Shown: in pieces, positions 1 through 12,688 of the stretch
Numbering within the stretch: position 1 is the first letter of the stretch
How the letters are laid out: the number at the start of each line of letters is the position of its first letter
Origin: Puccinia triticina
Taxonomy: Eukaryota
Assembly: GCA_026914245.1 (NCBI GenBank)
Contig: CP110440.1
Span: forward strand, 620,001-684,000
Reading direction: 5' to 3'
Length of the DNA: 64,000 nucleotides
Notes under the pieces: generated by a model
Seen by the model: only the letters and a program-made list of their open reading frames with translations
What the model was told of the DNA's origin: nothing
Database searches by the model: none
Program-made: the position numbers and the translations under genes

Positions 1-471
1 TAGTTAGGCACCATCTGGCAGAAATGTACTGTACTGTGGATTATTGTGAAATCTTATGAAAATTGACAAATTTATTGTATAATGATCACTATATAGATAA
101 GCAAAAATTGACATTGAATGTGCAAGACCCAGTTATGCAGAAACCAAAAACCAGCTTTCAGGAAAATGAGGTGGATAGTACAGATGATGACAGTTGGGAC
201 AACTGAGCCTAATGTAATGGTAACAGCCCAATCATCAACTTATACATCTTACTGAGTGGTTCCTTCACAACAAGATTATCAGGACTACGGCCAAGAGAGT
301 GGTCTCAATGGTTGCAGGATTCACAGAGATGGGTGGGCACACGTCCAAGCAATGCTCAGGCAGTGATGCCATTGGGAGGCCCAGTTGGCCCTTAGCACTG
401 GACTACCCCACAGTTTACCTGTTGTTGCAAGCCCCAAAGGCAAATAACGAATCTTTTTCATTGGTAGGGGC

Positions 472-1468
472 TGACAGCTCTGTTTATGAAACTTAGGGCA
501 GAAAACCCTTCAAAATAAGGGTTTTGGGCCCCATTACTATAACTGTACTGATTTAAACACTGGTAATTTTAAATTACCAAACTTGTTACGTGGCAAATAT
601 GGCCACTACAAGGGTTTCACACTCTGTAACAGAGGAGGGATTAATTATGTAATTAATAATATGTAATTATTAATTACAGGGAATTAATTTAGCGTAAAAA
701 GTAGGTGGTAAGCACTTAAAATTATTGGCTGCTTGACAGAGGCGGTGGTCTTACGGCAACTACTTATAAGGATAAAGCTTTAAATATTCTAATAAGGAAT
801 TTTTGATGATTTAAAGGGTTTAATCCAGTGGATTTTACGTGCTGGGGATGGTTTATAAGGAAAAGTGGCTACAATAGTAGCAGAGGAGAATATTCACGGC
901 AAACTTACAGTTTATGGGCGGTGAATGGTCTGGGGGATCTTTTCCTGAGGGCCAAATAGGCCTCTATTTATAGAGGGGACCTCAGTGGGCGTAAACACTG
1001 AGTCCTTTTCTACCTATGGGAGTATCCAGGGGTGTAGCCGTGAAAAGGGCTTGGCTGTGGGCAATTTATTTTTATTGTAATAGACTAATTTCCCTGACTC
1101 TGTCACATGACATATTTTTAACCAATTGTCATGTGAAAGAGCTTCAGTAGAAGTCTACATAATACTTTCACGGGGTATTTTTACACGAGTAATATTACTC
1201 ATTACTGTACAAAAGTTTATTTTCATGTACTTTATTTGTTTTCCAAAATTTTTGTATGTAATACTATGTTTTGGGCGCTTTCTGGGGCCAATTCTTATTT
1301 ATACAATTAGTACATGAAGGAATAGGAATAAGGGGTTACTTTGAGTGGGTGACCCCCCTTAATTTATGATGAGGAATCTGATTCTGCAATAATAATATAA
1401 TTATTATTATTATTATTTACTAAGTTATTTCAGTCTTTTGGATACTTGATGTATCTCTAAGGCTGACA
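472..1468. mobile_element. Solo LTR (AT-rich family A), opposite orientation to the 5455-6446 copy
   Basis: TG...CA ends (tgacag...ctgaca). 5-bp TSD GGGGC at 467-471 and 1469-1473. Reverse-complement homolog of 5455-6446. Confidence 0.9.
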
Positions 1469-3138
1469 GGGGCAGCAAGTAAAACCATGAGAGCTTTCCC
1501 CATCCCTCTTTGCAGTTTATGATTTTATGTAAAAAAATCTTATGCAATTTTGAATACCATAATCATGCCAAGCTAGAGGACTGTGTTTGCCTTTTGACAC
1601 TCCAGGGTCACCCCAAACTCACCCTCGGGTCCTCCTTGACACTATAAATGCTAGGACTGATCGCGGCGGACGCCAAGGGTATCAACCGGCTCCCTGTCAC
1701 CTGAATGATGATTTCATTAGTATGTGCAAAATCATATACCTAACTCAGAAACTCCTGAAGAACTACATATCTGTCACAACAATTTTAAGTTGTTTAGGTT
1801 TTTTTTTTTATAAAAAAATTAAGCTGCATAGATTGATCAGCAAAACCCAATCATATAGTACTTGCCAAAATTTCAATTAAATCTAACTCCAAGAGGTTGT
1901 CACAAGTAAATTTGCTGGGAGATGCAGTGTGTAGTTTCATTTTGTCTTTGTGGTGAAAACTTCCAATTTTCTTGCAAGGATGGATGTGATAGTCATGCAA
2001 AAGGTAGTCACATTAATCTAGAAAAACAAAACTATTTACATAATCTATGAATGGAAATTTACACCGGATAAAATGGGTGAAGAAAGCTTAGTTTGTGGAG
2101 AAAGATGATGGAGGGTAGAGAGATGCTGATGATGGTGGGCAAGGGTGGGGAGTTTGAGGATGGAATTAGTTGGAGCAGCTGGCTCTGGACAAAGTTGGAG
2201 TGGCCTCTGAAAGAATTCTTACAGAGACGTGCATCTCAATAGCTTCTCAGTTTGCAGATTGCCATAGAGATCATGGGCTTGATGACCTCAAAGTTTGAAA
2301 TTTTGGTGGCAGTCGTACAACTGTTGTGTCTTCATACCCAAAAGACATCAAAACTCTACTTTGCAAGACAAAGAAAACTCATGATTGACTCACCCAGATC
2401 CAATACCTTGCTGAGAAGGAGATTGGACTTGGAATGCACCGGCAAATAGCTTACTTTTTGGCAAGCATTATGGGTATTGAAGGTGAAATCGCTAGGAGAA
2501 TTAACAGGTCTTTGGAAAGCATGACATGCTTCATTGTGAAATGGGGATGCTGCCGTGGGAAAAGCAAATTGCTACTGATTCAAACTGTTCTGCCAATAAC
2601 TCTCATCAAAATTAATGTTGTGTGGTGGAGATGACAATGCCACAAAATGTGGCTGACAACCAGGCTGGTGGGTTCCTTCAAAAATGGTGGAAAAAGGAAG
2701 ATAATCCCACTTGAAGTGATGGCGCACATGAGGCAATCCAGATGAGGTTGTGGCAGAGAAAGGTGTTGAAGGCGTGCAAGGAATGCAGGGACTGTTTGGT
2801 GTATCAAAAAGTGGCAAATGTCGCAGTTCTTGGGAGTTCTAGGATGTCAAGTGATTGATCAAATGGTTGTTCAACAACACAACTATCAGTGGATACGTCT
2901 TTAGATGGGCAACATCTACAAATCGTAGGTTAATAGGTTTTTGGTTGGCTGAAAGTGGTGCGGTGATTGGATTCAGATTCGCGTGCGCCTTGTCTTCTAA
3001 ATCTCCTCGCCGACATGGGACACTATCCTTGACATAGAGCAAATATTGATGGTTGTTGATTGGTTGAGGCACACTTCCATTCCGACTGCCAACTGTGGTG
3101 GCCTGGCACCTGTCCATCATGTGGAGAATGCCCCAAGG

Positions 3139-3353
3139 TGTAGAGACTGTAAAATGAAGATGTGTCTGGTGAGTGTCAAACTCACGACCTCAGCTATGCT
3201 GAGACACATACTAGAGTGCTGCCTTTACCAACTAGGCTACAGACGCTTGTGGCTGCCAGCTGGGTGGTTGGTTGGTAGTGCTCATGGGTCGATCCAACAG
3301 CCCTCTATACTGTGGTGATACATCATGGTAGCAGACTAACAGACAACTCAACA
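3139..3353 (-). mobile_element. Solo LTR (215 bp) of the tRNA-bearing TRIM family
   Basis: TG...CA ends and 5-bp TSD CAAGG. Near-identical reverse complement of the 3' LTR at 31352-31566. Confidence 0.9.
3161..3246 (-). tRNA. tRNA-like (Thr-AGT-like) pseudo-tRNA inside the LTR
   Basis: Reverse complement has acceptor stem GCGTCTG/CAGACAC, A box TAGCCTAGTTGG and a T arm. The B box is mutated here (GTTTGACAC). Confidence 0.55.
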
Positions 3354-5454
3354 CAAGGCAATCTCAAGTTTGCTCCCGCTATCACTGTCAATCCAACCGC
3401 CACTACGCGCAGCTTTCATGCTTTATTTGAGTTTTTCTAATACTTCATCAAAGCTCTGGCTGCTCGGATTTGAAAGATTGAATTCCTACATATCTCAACC
3501 GAGCCAAATTGGACAAGGCAAGTGTTTGTATACGCAATGACTCGTTCTTTGCTGCACAAGTCTAGCATCAGAAAAGACCATTGGTAATCAGCATGATGAT
3601 GAATATCAAGCCCGCAAGACTAACCAGCAAAAAAAAGAAAAGTATGATTACTTGTGAGTAGCTGACATGCGTGAGAGCCAAGCAAGGCGGCCAAGCAAGA
3701 ATTAGCTGATTGAATCTCAAGGTGAGGATTGCGTATTCTGAAGTTGCCGGCGATGACGGCGGGCTTGCTGCCCAACTCGCGCGAGAAGGAAGGGTGGCGC
3801 ATGCGGCTCTTGGCCTGGTGGATGATGTTGTTGTAGAGCAGCGACAAGACGTGGATGAGCCCAGCGCTCTTGGCAAGCCGGCGTTAGCTGGGCATGATTG
3901 GAACGGCTCCGGACGATCACAACAATGAATATTAGGTCTGTATGGGGTCGCGAGGGATGCTATCGAGATGGCTTTGACCCTCCTGGAGCTCCAGCCCGGC
4001 CGCCGCCGTCATCTGGCCGCAGAAGCTGATCTCAAGGTGAAGGAGGCTCGGACCACCGGGCGCTAGACGCATAGGACCTCGCCGACAGAGCGTGTATACA
4101 CAGCGGGACTACCCCGCGTGAATTGGAACCGCAACCAGTACGCAACAGCAGCCGTGGCGTCGTACGACGCAATAGGGCGCACCTGGGACTGCAAGTCCCC
4201 GTGTCGCACCTATGGCACTGACTGGGACGTGCCCAGTCACTAGCCCGACTTCCCCACGCACCTGTGACTCAGAAAGGACTGTAACGTCCTGCCCGCGTCA
4301 CCAGGTGCGTCAAAAGAACACTAGGGCTCCGTCATTAGACGGTGGACCCAGGCTGTGCCACCGCCGACACCCAGCAATAGTGTAGCCCCTTCCCTGGGGG
4401 CCCAGCCCCAGCTCACACCCACAGGTGAGACTTCAACAGTTGTTTTTGAGCAGTGGAGCCCTTTCCAGGGGGCTCCAGGTTGGTTTGAGGTTTTTAAAGA
4501 GAACGATCTGTGTGGACCAACCTGCTCAACCAATGTTCCACTCTGCTTGCACGGAACCTCTCCCTGCCCTTGAGGCCAGAACCTCATCTCCTCCCCTCTG
4601 ACTTTTTGGCAATGATATGAACATGCCTCCCCGCTCACCTCACAACCACCCTCCCCATGCTCTGACTCCCCATCCAGCCCCCTTATTAGTCCCAAACAGC
4701 GAGCCACCCCAGCCAGCCCTGCCAACCGCTTACAGTCTTGATTGGCTCAACCACCAACGACTCGAAATCAAACTAAGGCAAATTTGACATGTCTGGGACC
4801 GACAAAGGCGATTCTCCTGCTGCCAACAGAGTTCTTGTCTTGGATGGTTTGAATTACACGAACTGGCATACTCGGATGTTCATTTACCTTTGTGGTCAAA
4901 ATCTCTGGGACTGCTGCACGATACCGGTTGAGGAAGAAAAAGTGGCCTATGGAAGAGCGGGTCACAATGCAATCTTGGTTATCACATCAAGGCTCAATAC
5001 TCGATGTTTCAATGAAGTGGTCAACTTAGTCACTCAATTCAACCCTATTCTCCTATGGAAGAAGATTGCCTCTCAGTACGCTTCACATTTGGTCATTGAT
5101 CGAGGTCGAGTATTCATGAGTTGGTCTGCCGAAGTGTATCGCGGAAATCTCCAAGACTATATTGATCAAACCAGAGCTCATCTCCTTGACATCGACGCCG
5201 TCGGCATTACTCTACCGTCGGACATAATTTCTTATCTGGTTCTTGGGAAACTGATGCATGATGATGACAAGTTGGACAAAATCGTCAACAACTGTGCTCT
5301 CTCTGAAGACTGTACCTCCTCTCCGTATCTGGTCCTGAATGCTCTCCAAAATTGGTTAACTCATAAAGGAATCAAGAACACAAAGTAAGAAGTCACCGCT
5401 CTTGTAGCATCATCGCCTTCTGACAGCAAATTTCCATTTAAAATCATTCACTAT

Positions 5455-6446
5455 TGTCAGCCTTAGAGATACACCAAGTATCCAAAAGACTGCAATAACT
5501 TAGTAAATAATAATTATTATTAAATTATTATTGCAGAATCAGATTCCTCATCATAAATTAAGGGGGGTCACCCACTTAAAGTACCCCCTTATTCCTATTC
5601 CTTCATGTACTAATTGTATAAATAAGAATTGGCCCCAGAAAGCGCCCAAAAATAGTATTACATACATAAATTTATTAAAAGAAACATTGTACATAAAATT
5701 AAACTGTTGTACATTAATGAGTAATATTACTCGTGTAAAAATACCCAGTGAAAGTATTATGTAGACTTCTACTGAAGCTCTTTCACATGACAATTGGTTA
5801 TAAACATGTCATGTGACAGAGTCAGGGAAATTGGTCTATTACAATACAATTAAATTACCCACAGCCAAGCCCTTTTCACGGCTACACCCCTGGATACTCC
5901 CATAGGGAGAAAAGGACTCAGTGTTTACGCCCACTGAAGTCCCCTCTATAAATAGAGGCCTATTTGGCCCTCAGGAAAAGATCCCCCAGACCATTCACCG
6001 CCCATAAACCGTAACTTTGCCGTGAATATTCTCCTCTGCTATTACTGTAGCCCCTTTTCCCCTTAAACCATCCCCAGCACGTAAAATCCACTGGATTAAA
6101 CCTTTAAATATCAAAAATCCCTTATTAGCATATTTGCAAGCTTTATCCTTAAAAGTAGTTGCTGTAAGACCTCCGCCTCTGACAAGCAGCCAATCAGCTT
6201 AAGCGCTTACCACCTACTTTTTACACCAAATATATTCCCTGTAATTAATAATTATATATTATTAATTACATAATAAATCCTCCTCTTTTTAAAGAGTGTT
6301 TAAAACCCTTGTAGTGGCCAAATTACCACGTAACAAGCTTAGTAATTTACATTACTAGTGTTTACATCAGCACAGTTATAGTGCTAGGGCCCAAAACCCT
6401 TAATTTTCACGGGTTTTTGCCCTAAGCTTCACAAACAGAGCTGTCA
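5455..6446. mobile_element. Solo LTR (family A) inserted in the Copia gag Cys/His motif
   Basis: TGTCAG...CTGTCA ends and TSD ACTAT. Removing it restores KIIHYCANKVHNPEC. Confidence 0.92.
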
Positions 6447-8417
6447 ACTATTGTGCCAACAAGGTTCACAATCCGGAATGTACATCTCACGTTAAATCCA
6501 GGTGCTATGAGAAGTATCCAAACTTGAGGCCATCACCCTCATCAAAGACAAAGAACGCTAGTGCCAGTTTTGCTCACGCCTCTGTCTTTGTGTCATTCAT
6601 CTCGGGACAACCAACTGAAGACGTGGTCATTGACTCAGCTGCTTCGCATCACATGCTTCAAAATCGAAGTCTTTTTTTGTCATTCACTCCGGAAGAAGTC
6701 ATCATTAAAACCGGAAACCCAGATGCTCCTTTAATCGCTACTGGTCACGGCACCGCTGAAATTTTCACCAATGGGCGGGTAATCAAGCTTGAAGATTGTC
6801 TGCTCATTCCCTCAATCTCGCAGCAACTAATCTTGCTGGTCAGATTGATTGATTTGTCCGTGAAGATCACCAATAACACCCGTTTCTTTGACATTTCCGA
6901 TGACACCGGCTCTTTATTCTCAGGCGATATTGTCGATAATCTTCTTTACGCGCAGTAAATTCGATGCCCATCAGCCCTAGTCAACGTCAAAGATTCAGAT
7001 CATGAACTGTGGCATCGCCGTCTTGGACATCCGGGTGATCAAGTCATGAAGATCATGGGACTCCCTATCTCAAAGGTTCATTTATCCTGTGAGGTATGTA
7101 TCTGCTCTAAAATGACTCTTATTCCTTTCCCAAGTCATTTTTCGCCTGTACATTTTCCTCTTCAACGTCTCCACATGGACCTAGTTGGCCCTATCAATCC
7201 TCCTTCTTTTTCGGGATTCAAGTACTTCTTGAATATTGTAGATCAATACTCATCCTTCAAATTTGTTTGCTTTTTAAAATCAAAGTCCGATGCTTTTGAA
7301 GAGTTTGAACGCTTTGCCAACTTAGTTGAAAACTTGCAAGATCATAAAATCAAAGAAATTGTTTCCGATCAGGGTGGCGAGTTTGCCAACAAGAAGTTTG
7401 ATGACTTCGTGGTGAAAAAAGGGATTCTTCAAACTTTCTTTCCAGCCAATACTCCAGAATTGAACGGTTTTGCAGAACGGGCCAATTGTACCATTCTTGA
7501 TAAAGCAAGATGTCTGCTTCTCACGAGCAGTCTCCCAAAAACTTACTGGGCCGAGGCTGTCAATGCTGCCACATTCATCTTGAACATGTTAGCAACACCA
7601 TCTCGCCCTTCTTCTCCCTATGAAATGTGGACTAAATCAACTGCTCCTATTCATCGTCTTAGACCATTTGGATGTAAGGCTTTCATTGTGGTCCCAAACA
7701 AAAACAGGTTTTGAAAGTTTGGGAAGACCGGAGATGTTGGCATACTGATTGGATTCAAAAATGAGGGATCCGTCTACAGAATTCTGCGTCTTCGGGACAA
7801 GAAGTTGATCACCACTCGTCATGTCAAGTTTGATGAAGCGGAATTTCCAAAGATCTCGAATGATTCGGTTCCCTTCTCCATGTCTGGGCCATTAATGGAG
7901 GATGAATACGCACATGATTCCTTTGAACCCGACTGTGATTCATCCAAAGTATCATCAATTATCTCTGATGTTCCTTCAAACGACAATCAGGATTCCTTTC
8001 ATTCTGAACCCGTCATTCATCCGCAACCTGTTGACTCTCCGCTTCCGGATCCTGCTCCCCTTCCTTGCATCGCGGTCGTGGGACCTCAACATCCTACTTT
8101 GATCAACGGTGATATTACTACCAACCACATCCTTCCTTATCAACGAGAGCGGCGCCCTCGTGCCTTTGTGACCACAGTTGGCAATAATATTCCGAGTCAT
8201 TATCACCAAGCCATAAAAGGGAGCGAGTCCGCTGGTTGGTTTGGGGCTATCAAGACGGAGCTCAACGCTATGGAGAAGCTGAATGTTTGGGATGTAGTTG
8301 ACTTGGTTCCTTCTGTGAAGACAGTTGGGACAACCTGGGTCTTCAAGAAAAAGAAGGATGGGGATTGCGTGGTTTTTAAAGCCAGGTTGTGCGCTCAGGG
8401 CTTCTTTCAGGTTCATG

Positions 8418-8664
8418 CACTGCAAAAATAACTTGGTCAACTGCTTGCAGTTGACATGCAGGATACTCAAGCCAAGCTGCCATTGTAACTCCACATGAAT
8501 GCAGAAGTGCCTTTGTTGGCACAGTCACTGTGCAAGGTGCACAGTGACTGTGCATTGAAGCTTTGGTTAAGTCAAACCTTGAGTAAGGCTGGTGTAACAC
8601 CACAAGCTTCCTCAGAGTTGCCGCATGTCAACTGCTCACAGTTGACACAGTTTTTTTTGCAGTG
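8418..8664. mobile_element. CACTA-type MITE inserted in Copia RT
   Basis: CACTGCAAAAA...TTTTTGCAGTG TIRs and 3-bp TSD ATG. Removing it restores QVHGVDF. Confidence 0.88.
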
Positions 8665-9986
8665 ATGGGGTGGACTTCTCAAAAAACTTTGCTCCGACCG
8701 GTCGTCTGAATTCCTTGAGAGCTCTCATCTCTTTTGCAGCGGCACATAACCTTGACTTTCATCAGCTGGATGTCAAAACTGCTTTTCTCAACGCAGATCT
8801 TGATGAGGAGGTTTTCTTGTCAATTCCTCAAGGTGTCAAATTGGACAGAAAGAAAAAATGCCTTCGCCTCAACAAAGCAATCTACGGACTCAAACAAGCT
8901 CCTTGCCTGGTATAACCGACTCTCTAGGTGGCTTGTCTCTATTGGTTTTCACATAGCGGTTTCGGACCCGTGTGTTTTCTACCGCTAGGATAAAGAACCT
9001 GTTTGGATATTTGTGCATGTTGATGACTTGGCGGTCTTTGGTAAAAATGTAGAGCCTTTCAAAGATCAAATTAAACAAGAATTCAACATGAAGGACTTGG
9101 GTCGTTCCGACTTAATGTTGGGCATCAAGATTCTCCATGAGCTGGGTGCGATTGTTCTCTCGCAGATTCACTATGTCCACTCTCTTCTGGATTTGTACGG
9201 CATGGCAAACTGCCGTACAGTTTCTACTCCGCTTGTTCCGAATGAACATCTCAACAAAGCTTTGTTCAAAGATCAAGACCGCTTCAACTCACTCGGCGTT
9301 AATTACAGGAGTGCTGTTGGGGCCTTGAGTTATCTCTCAACGGCTACGAGACCTGACATTGCGTACGCTGTCAGCTCTTTGTCGCAGTTCCTCGAGGCGC
9401 CGGGCATCAAGCACTGGGAGGCGTTCACCCATGTTCTTCGTTATCTCGCTGGCACGGTTGACAACGCTCTAGTCTATCGCCGCGACTCTCCTGATGCATT
9501 GACTGGTTACACGGATGCAGACTGGGGCAATTGCCTTGTCACTCGTCGCTCGGTAACTGGCTATCTTGCTCAATTCAACAGACACTTGATTTTGTGGCAG
9601 ACCAAGAAACAGCCGGTTGTTTCCTTGTCTTCCTGCGAGGCAGAATACAGAGCGCTCACAGATTTCTCCTGTGAACTGCTCTGGCTTTGGAAATTCCTTG
9701 ATGAGGTGCAACTTGCTTCTGCTGACACTCCGACCGTCGTTCATGAAGATAATCAGGGCTGCATTGCGGTTGAAAAATTTGAAGCAAATTCTAATGCAAA
9801 GCGAATGAAACATGTAGAGATTCAACTCCATTTCATTTGTGATGTAATCAAATTGTCGAAGATCGTCTTGCAGTACACTCCGACCAACAAAATGCTGGCC
9901 GACTTCCCCACAAAATCGGTTCCGCGCCCTGCTCTCCTCAAATCTTTGGACCTTCTGGGACTTTGTTGTCTAGAGGGAAGGGGGGG

Positions 9987-10689
9987 TGTTGATATCTGAG
10001 TGATATCCCTCCAGAGGAACATGTCCCGTGACACCCAGTTTGTTTTCTAATGACATCATCAGCTTGATCAATCTAAATGTCATCATCACTCGTGCTTGAC
10101 CCTCAAGATTTCCCCTGCAAAATCCCCGCTCAAACCTTCGCCATCAACCTTATAAGCTTCTCACTTTCCTCACTCGACTGGTCTTTCCTCAGGGAACTCT
10201 CAGACAAACTCTATCTACTTGTCTGCTTTCGGCACTATCTATCTTATCATCTCTTGCGCTGCTGTTCCTCCACGATTGACACCTTCTTTTGTCAAACTTC
10301 TATCTCTGAGATCATCCTTGCGTATCTCTACTCCCTCAAAAACATCCCCTTGATTCTTTCTGGCTATTCCCTTCCTTTTGATACTCCGTTCATAATCTAG
10401 CACTGTCACTTCCCTTCCTATTGACTCTTCGCTGATCCATCAACAACAATCAACCGTGACTTGTCACTTCAGTATGTTCATCATCAACAAGTCTTTTCGC
10501 CATTGTTCAAATAACTCAGGCTAACAACGTCTTTCTTGGTTCTTCTTCTTTTTCCTTGTCCTCTCGTGTATCCTCGCTTGTGTCCCTTTTTATTGTTGTC
10601 TTTGCCTTTAGGTATATTTTATTTTTCTCTTGTGTATTTCCTTGTATCATGTTGCTTACTAGAAATACACTTTAGTTTGACCATTTACA
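9987..10689 (+). repeat. Copia 3' LTR (3' end uncertain; no matching 5' LTR in the window)
   Basis: PPT AGAGGGAAGGGGGGG directly followed by TGTTGA. Confidence 0.65.
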
Positions 10690-11156
10690 TTATGTACCCC
10701 CAGCTCCAATGATTTCCCCAAGACCCCATATACGTGTAATCCTCCCCACCCCCCCGAGGAATAAAAATATACCTGCCAGTGTATTTTGCTTCAACTTGAA
10801 CCAAGAACAATTAATCCTATTGCTTGGTCTGTCCAGCCAAAAACCCAGGCCCTGCAAAAAATATCTGGCATGTTTCTCACGGGTCAATGTCCGGACCACT
10901 TTTGAGTCATGTGACTGGATAACATGACCCACATGATCCAACCGGATAATCTTTCAGCCCAAAATCCGGTTGGATGAGCCCCAGGTCATATATATTGGTC
11001 AGAAGTGCGTTCCAGGGACCTTCTTTTCCCGTCGTGCCACCCATCTACAACCCTCACGGGTTGCGTCCCCCCTGCGTGGGACCTGACTACCTTGACCGTG
11101 ACGCAGCTCAACGTCCCCCTGTTGCGGGGTCGCGGCAACCATCCGGGTGCGCCCGC

Positions 11157-11959
11157 TGTGGTAGACGGAAAAGTGAAAAATCAAAAGTTTTTTCGCATAC
11201 ATATATTTACTCACAATACGCCTCAAGATACCATCAAACAGACCTCAGAAATGGATTCTACGGCCAATTTTACCCCTAGTCACCACTGAAAGCATCACCT
11301 GAACCCCGCTGGATTGGAACCTACACTTCTTTGGACACTGGACACCCATCACACGTTCAACATACCCAGTCACCAGCCTGTCACCAGCCTCAATTCAAGG
11401 ATCACAGCATTATGCTTATACAAATCACAGGATACAAACATACATCTCCCCATCAGACTGCAGTCATTACATATTATCAAGTACTCTTCTATTTCCATAT
11501 TATGATGTCATCACACACTGACTCTGCAGCCTCAGACTTCATTTATGCACCCCCTGCATCCACCTGTCAACTCATGCAGTCTACTGTCACTTTACGCAGC
11601 CTTCATGTGGCCCTACTGCATTCTTATGACATCATTTATGTACCCCTGACACATTATGACATCATTTGTATCTACTCCCACCAGCTAAAATCCCTCACAC
11701 TGTTGTCTAGATTAGTCAAAACCCTAACCCACAAGCCCTCTGGGGCTCCACTTTTGTCTATATAAGGAGCTCCCTCCTCCCCAGTTGTCAGCTCCTCAGT
11801 TCATTACTCACCAATCACAGTCACCCCAACATTTACAGTTCAGCCTTATATATATACTTAAACAACCTACATAACAACCCTTACATTAACAATAACAACA
11901 ATTTATTCAGTGGCATCAACAAGCTCATCTTGAACCAACCAACCCTATCACTTCATTAA

Positions 11960-11991
<32 letters not shown>

Positions 11992-12081
11992 ATCTGATAG
12001 TATAGAAGGGCAGAGTTTGCACCTCCATCATCCCCTTCTCCATTCAGCAAAAGGTTCTCAGGAACACTTTTGAGTCTTACA
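11157..12081 (+). repeat. 5' LTR
   Basis: TGTGG...TTACA; direct repeat of 22144-23068; TATA-like TATATAAG near 11758. Confidence 0.95.
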
Positions 12082-12688
12082 AGGGAGTCCCCAACGTGAT
12101 AGGATAATCTTGTTTGATCGACAACGGATAATCAATTTCAACCATATAACCAGAAATACATCGTCTACGGATCTCAACTTCGAGCGGAAAAAGGAATCAA
12201 ATTCATCAACAAATCTATCAAACTCAACGGCATATTCAGTTATTCTGTTGAACGACTAGTCGACTTTTAGGAACATCCAAAGGACCGATTACGAACCTCT
12301 GAAAAGAAAACTTAACCATCCGAACTGAAAAGAGTATCTCGAAGGAAGCAGCCAGTTATAAAACCTCAAGAAGGGCAAGAGTAAGACCTGAAGAATTTGG
12401 ATAACTAGGATCCTGTTAGAAGAGAACTCCGGAATCGTTTGAAGAAAACAGCTGTTTATAAAACCTTAAGAAGGGCAAGTGTAAGAACTGAAGAATTTGG
12501 ATAGGCAGAGACTGTTTGAAGAACAATCTCAGAACGGTAAAGTTATTTATATCAATTATTAAAAGAAAACCCCCAATTTGCCCTGGTAAAGAGACCAGAG
12601 ACCAGATATTATTGTTTCTTTTTCAGAGCACAGTAACAGGTAGCAGCGGATATTCATATTACAAAACCAGGAATCAACACGAACCGGC

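Larger units (their letters stand above)
4789..9999 (+). pseudogene. gag-pol: Ty1/Copia gag-pol, disrupted
   Basis: Domain order Gag, protease (VIDSAAS), integrase (LHMDL, SDQGGEF, NGFAER), RT (LDVKTAF, HVDD), RNase H (YTDADW, EAEY, EDNQ). Several stops and frameshifts plus two insertions. Confidence 0.92.

Noticed and set aside
2030..3120. Possible decayed coding remnant
   Set aside because: Fragmented, with no diagnostic motif identified.
3568..4100. GC-rich stretch with ORFs on both strands
   Set aside because: May be a gene fragment, but no family could be recognised and no gene model built.
11314..11765. Duplicated ORFs at 11314-11765 and 22301-22752
   Set aside because: Chance ORFs in the identical LTRs.
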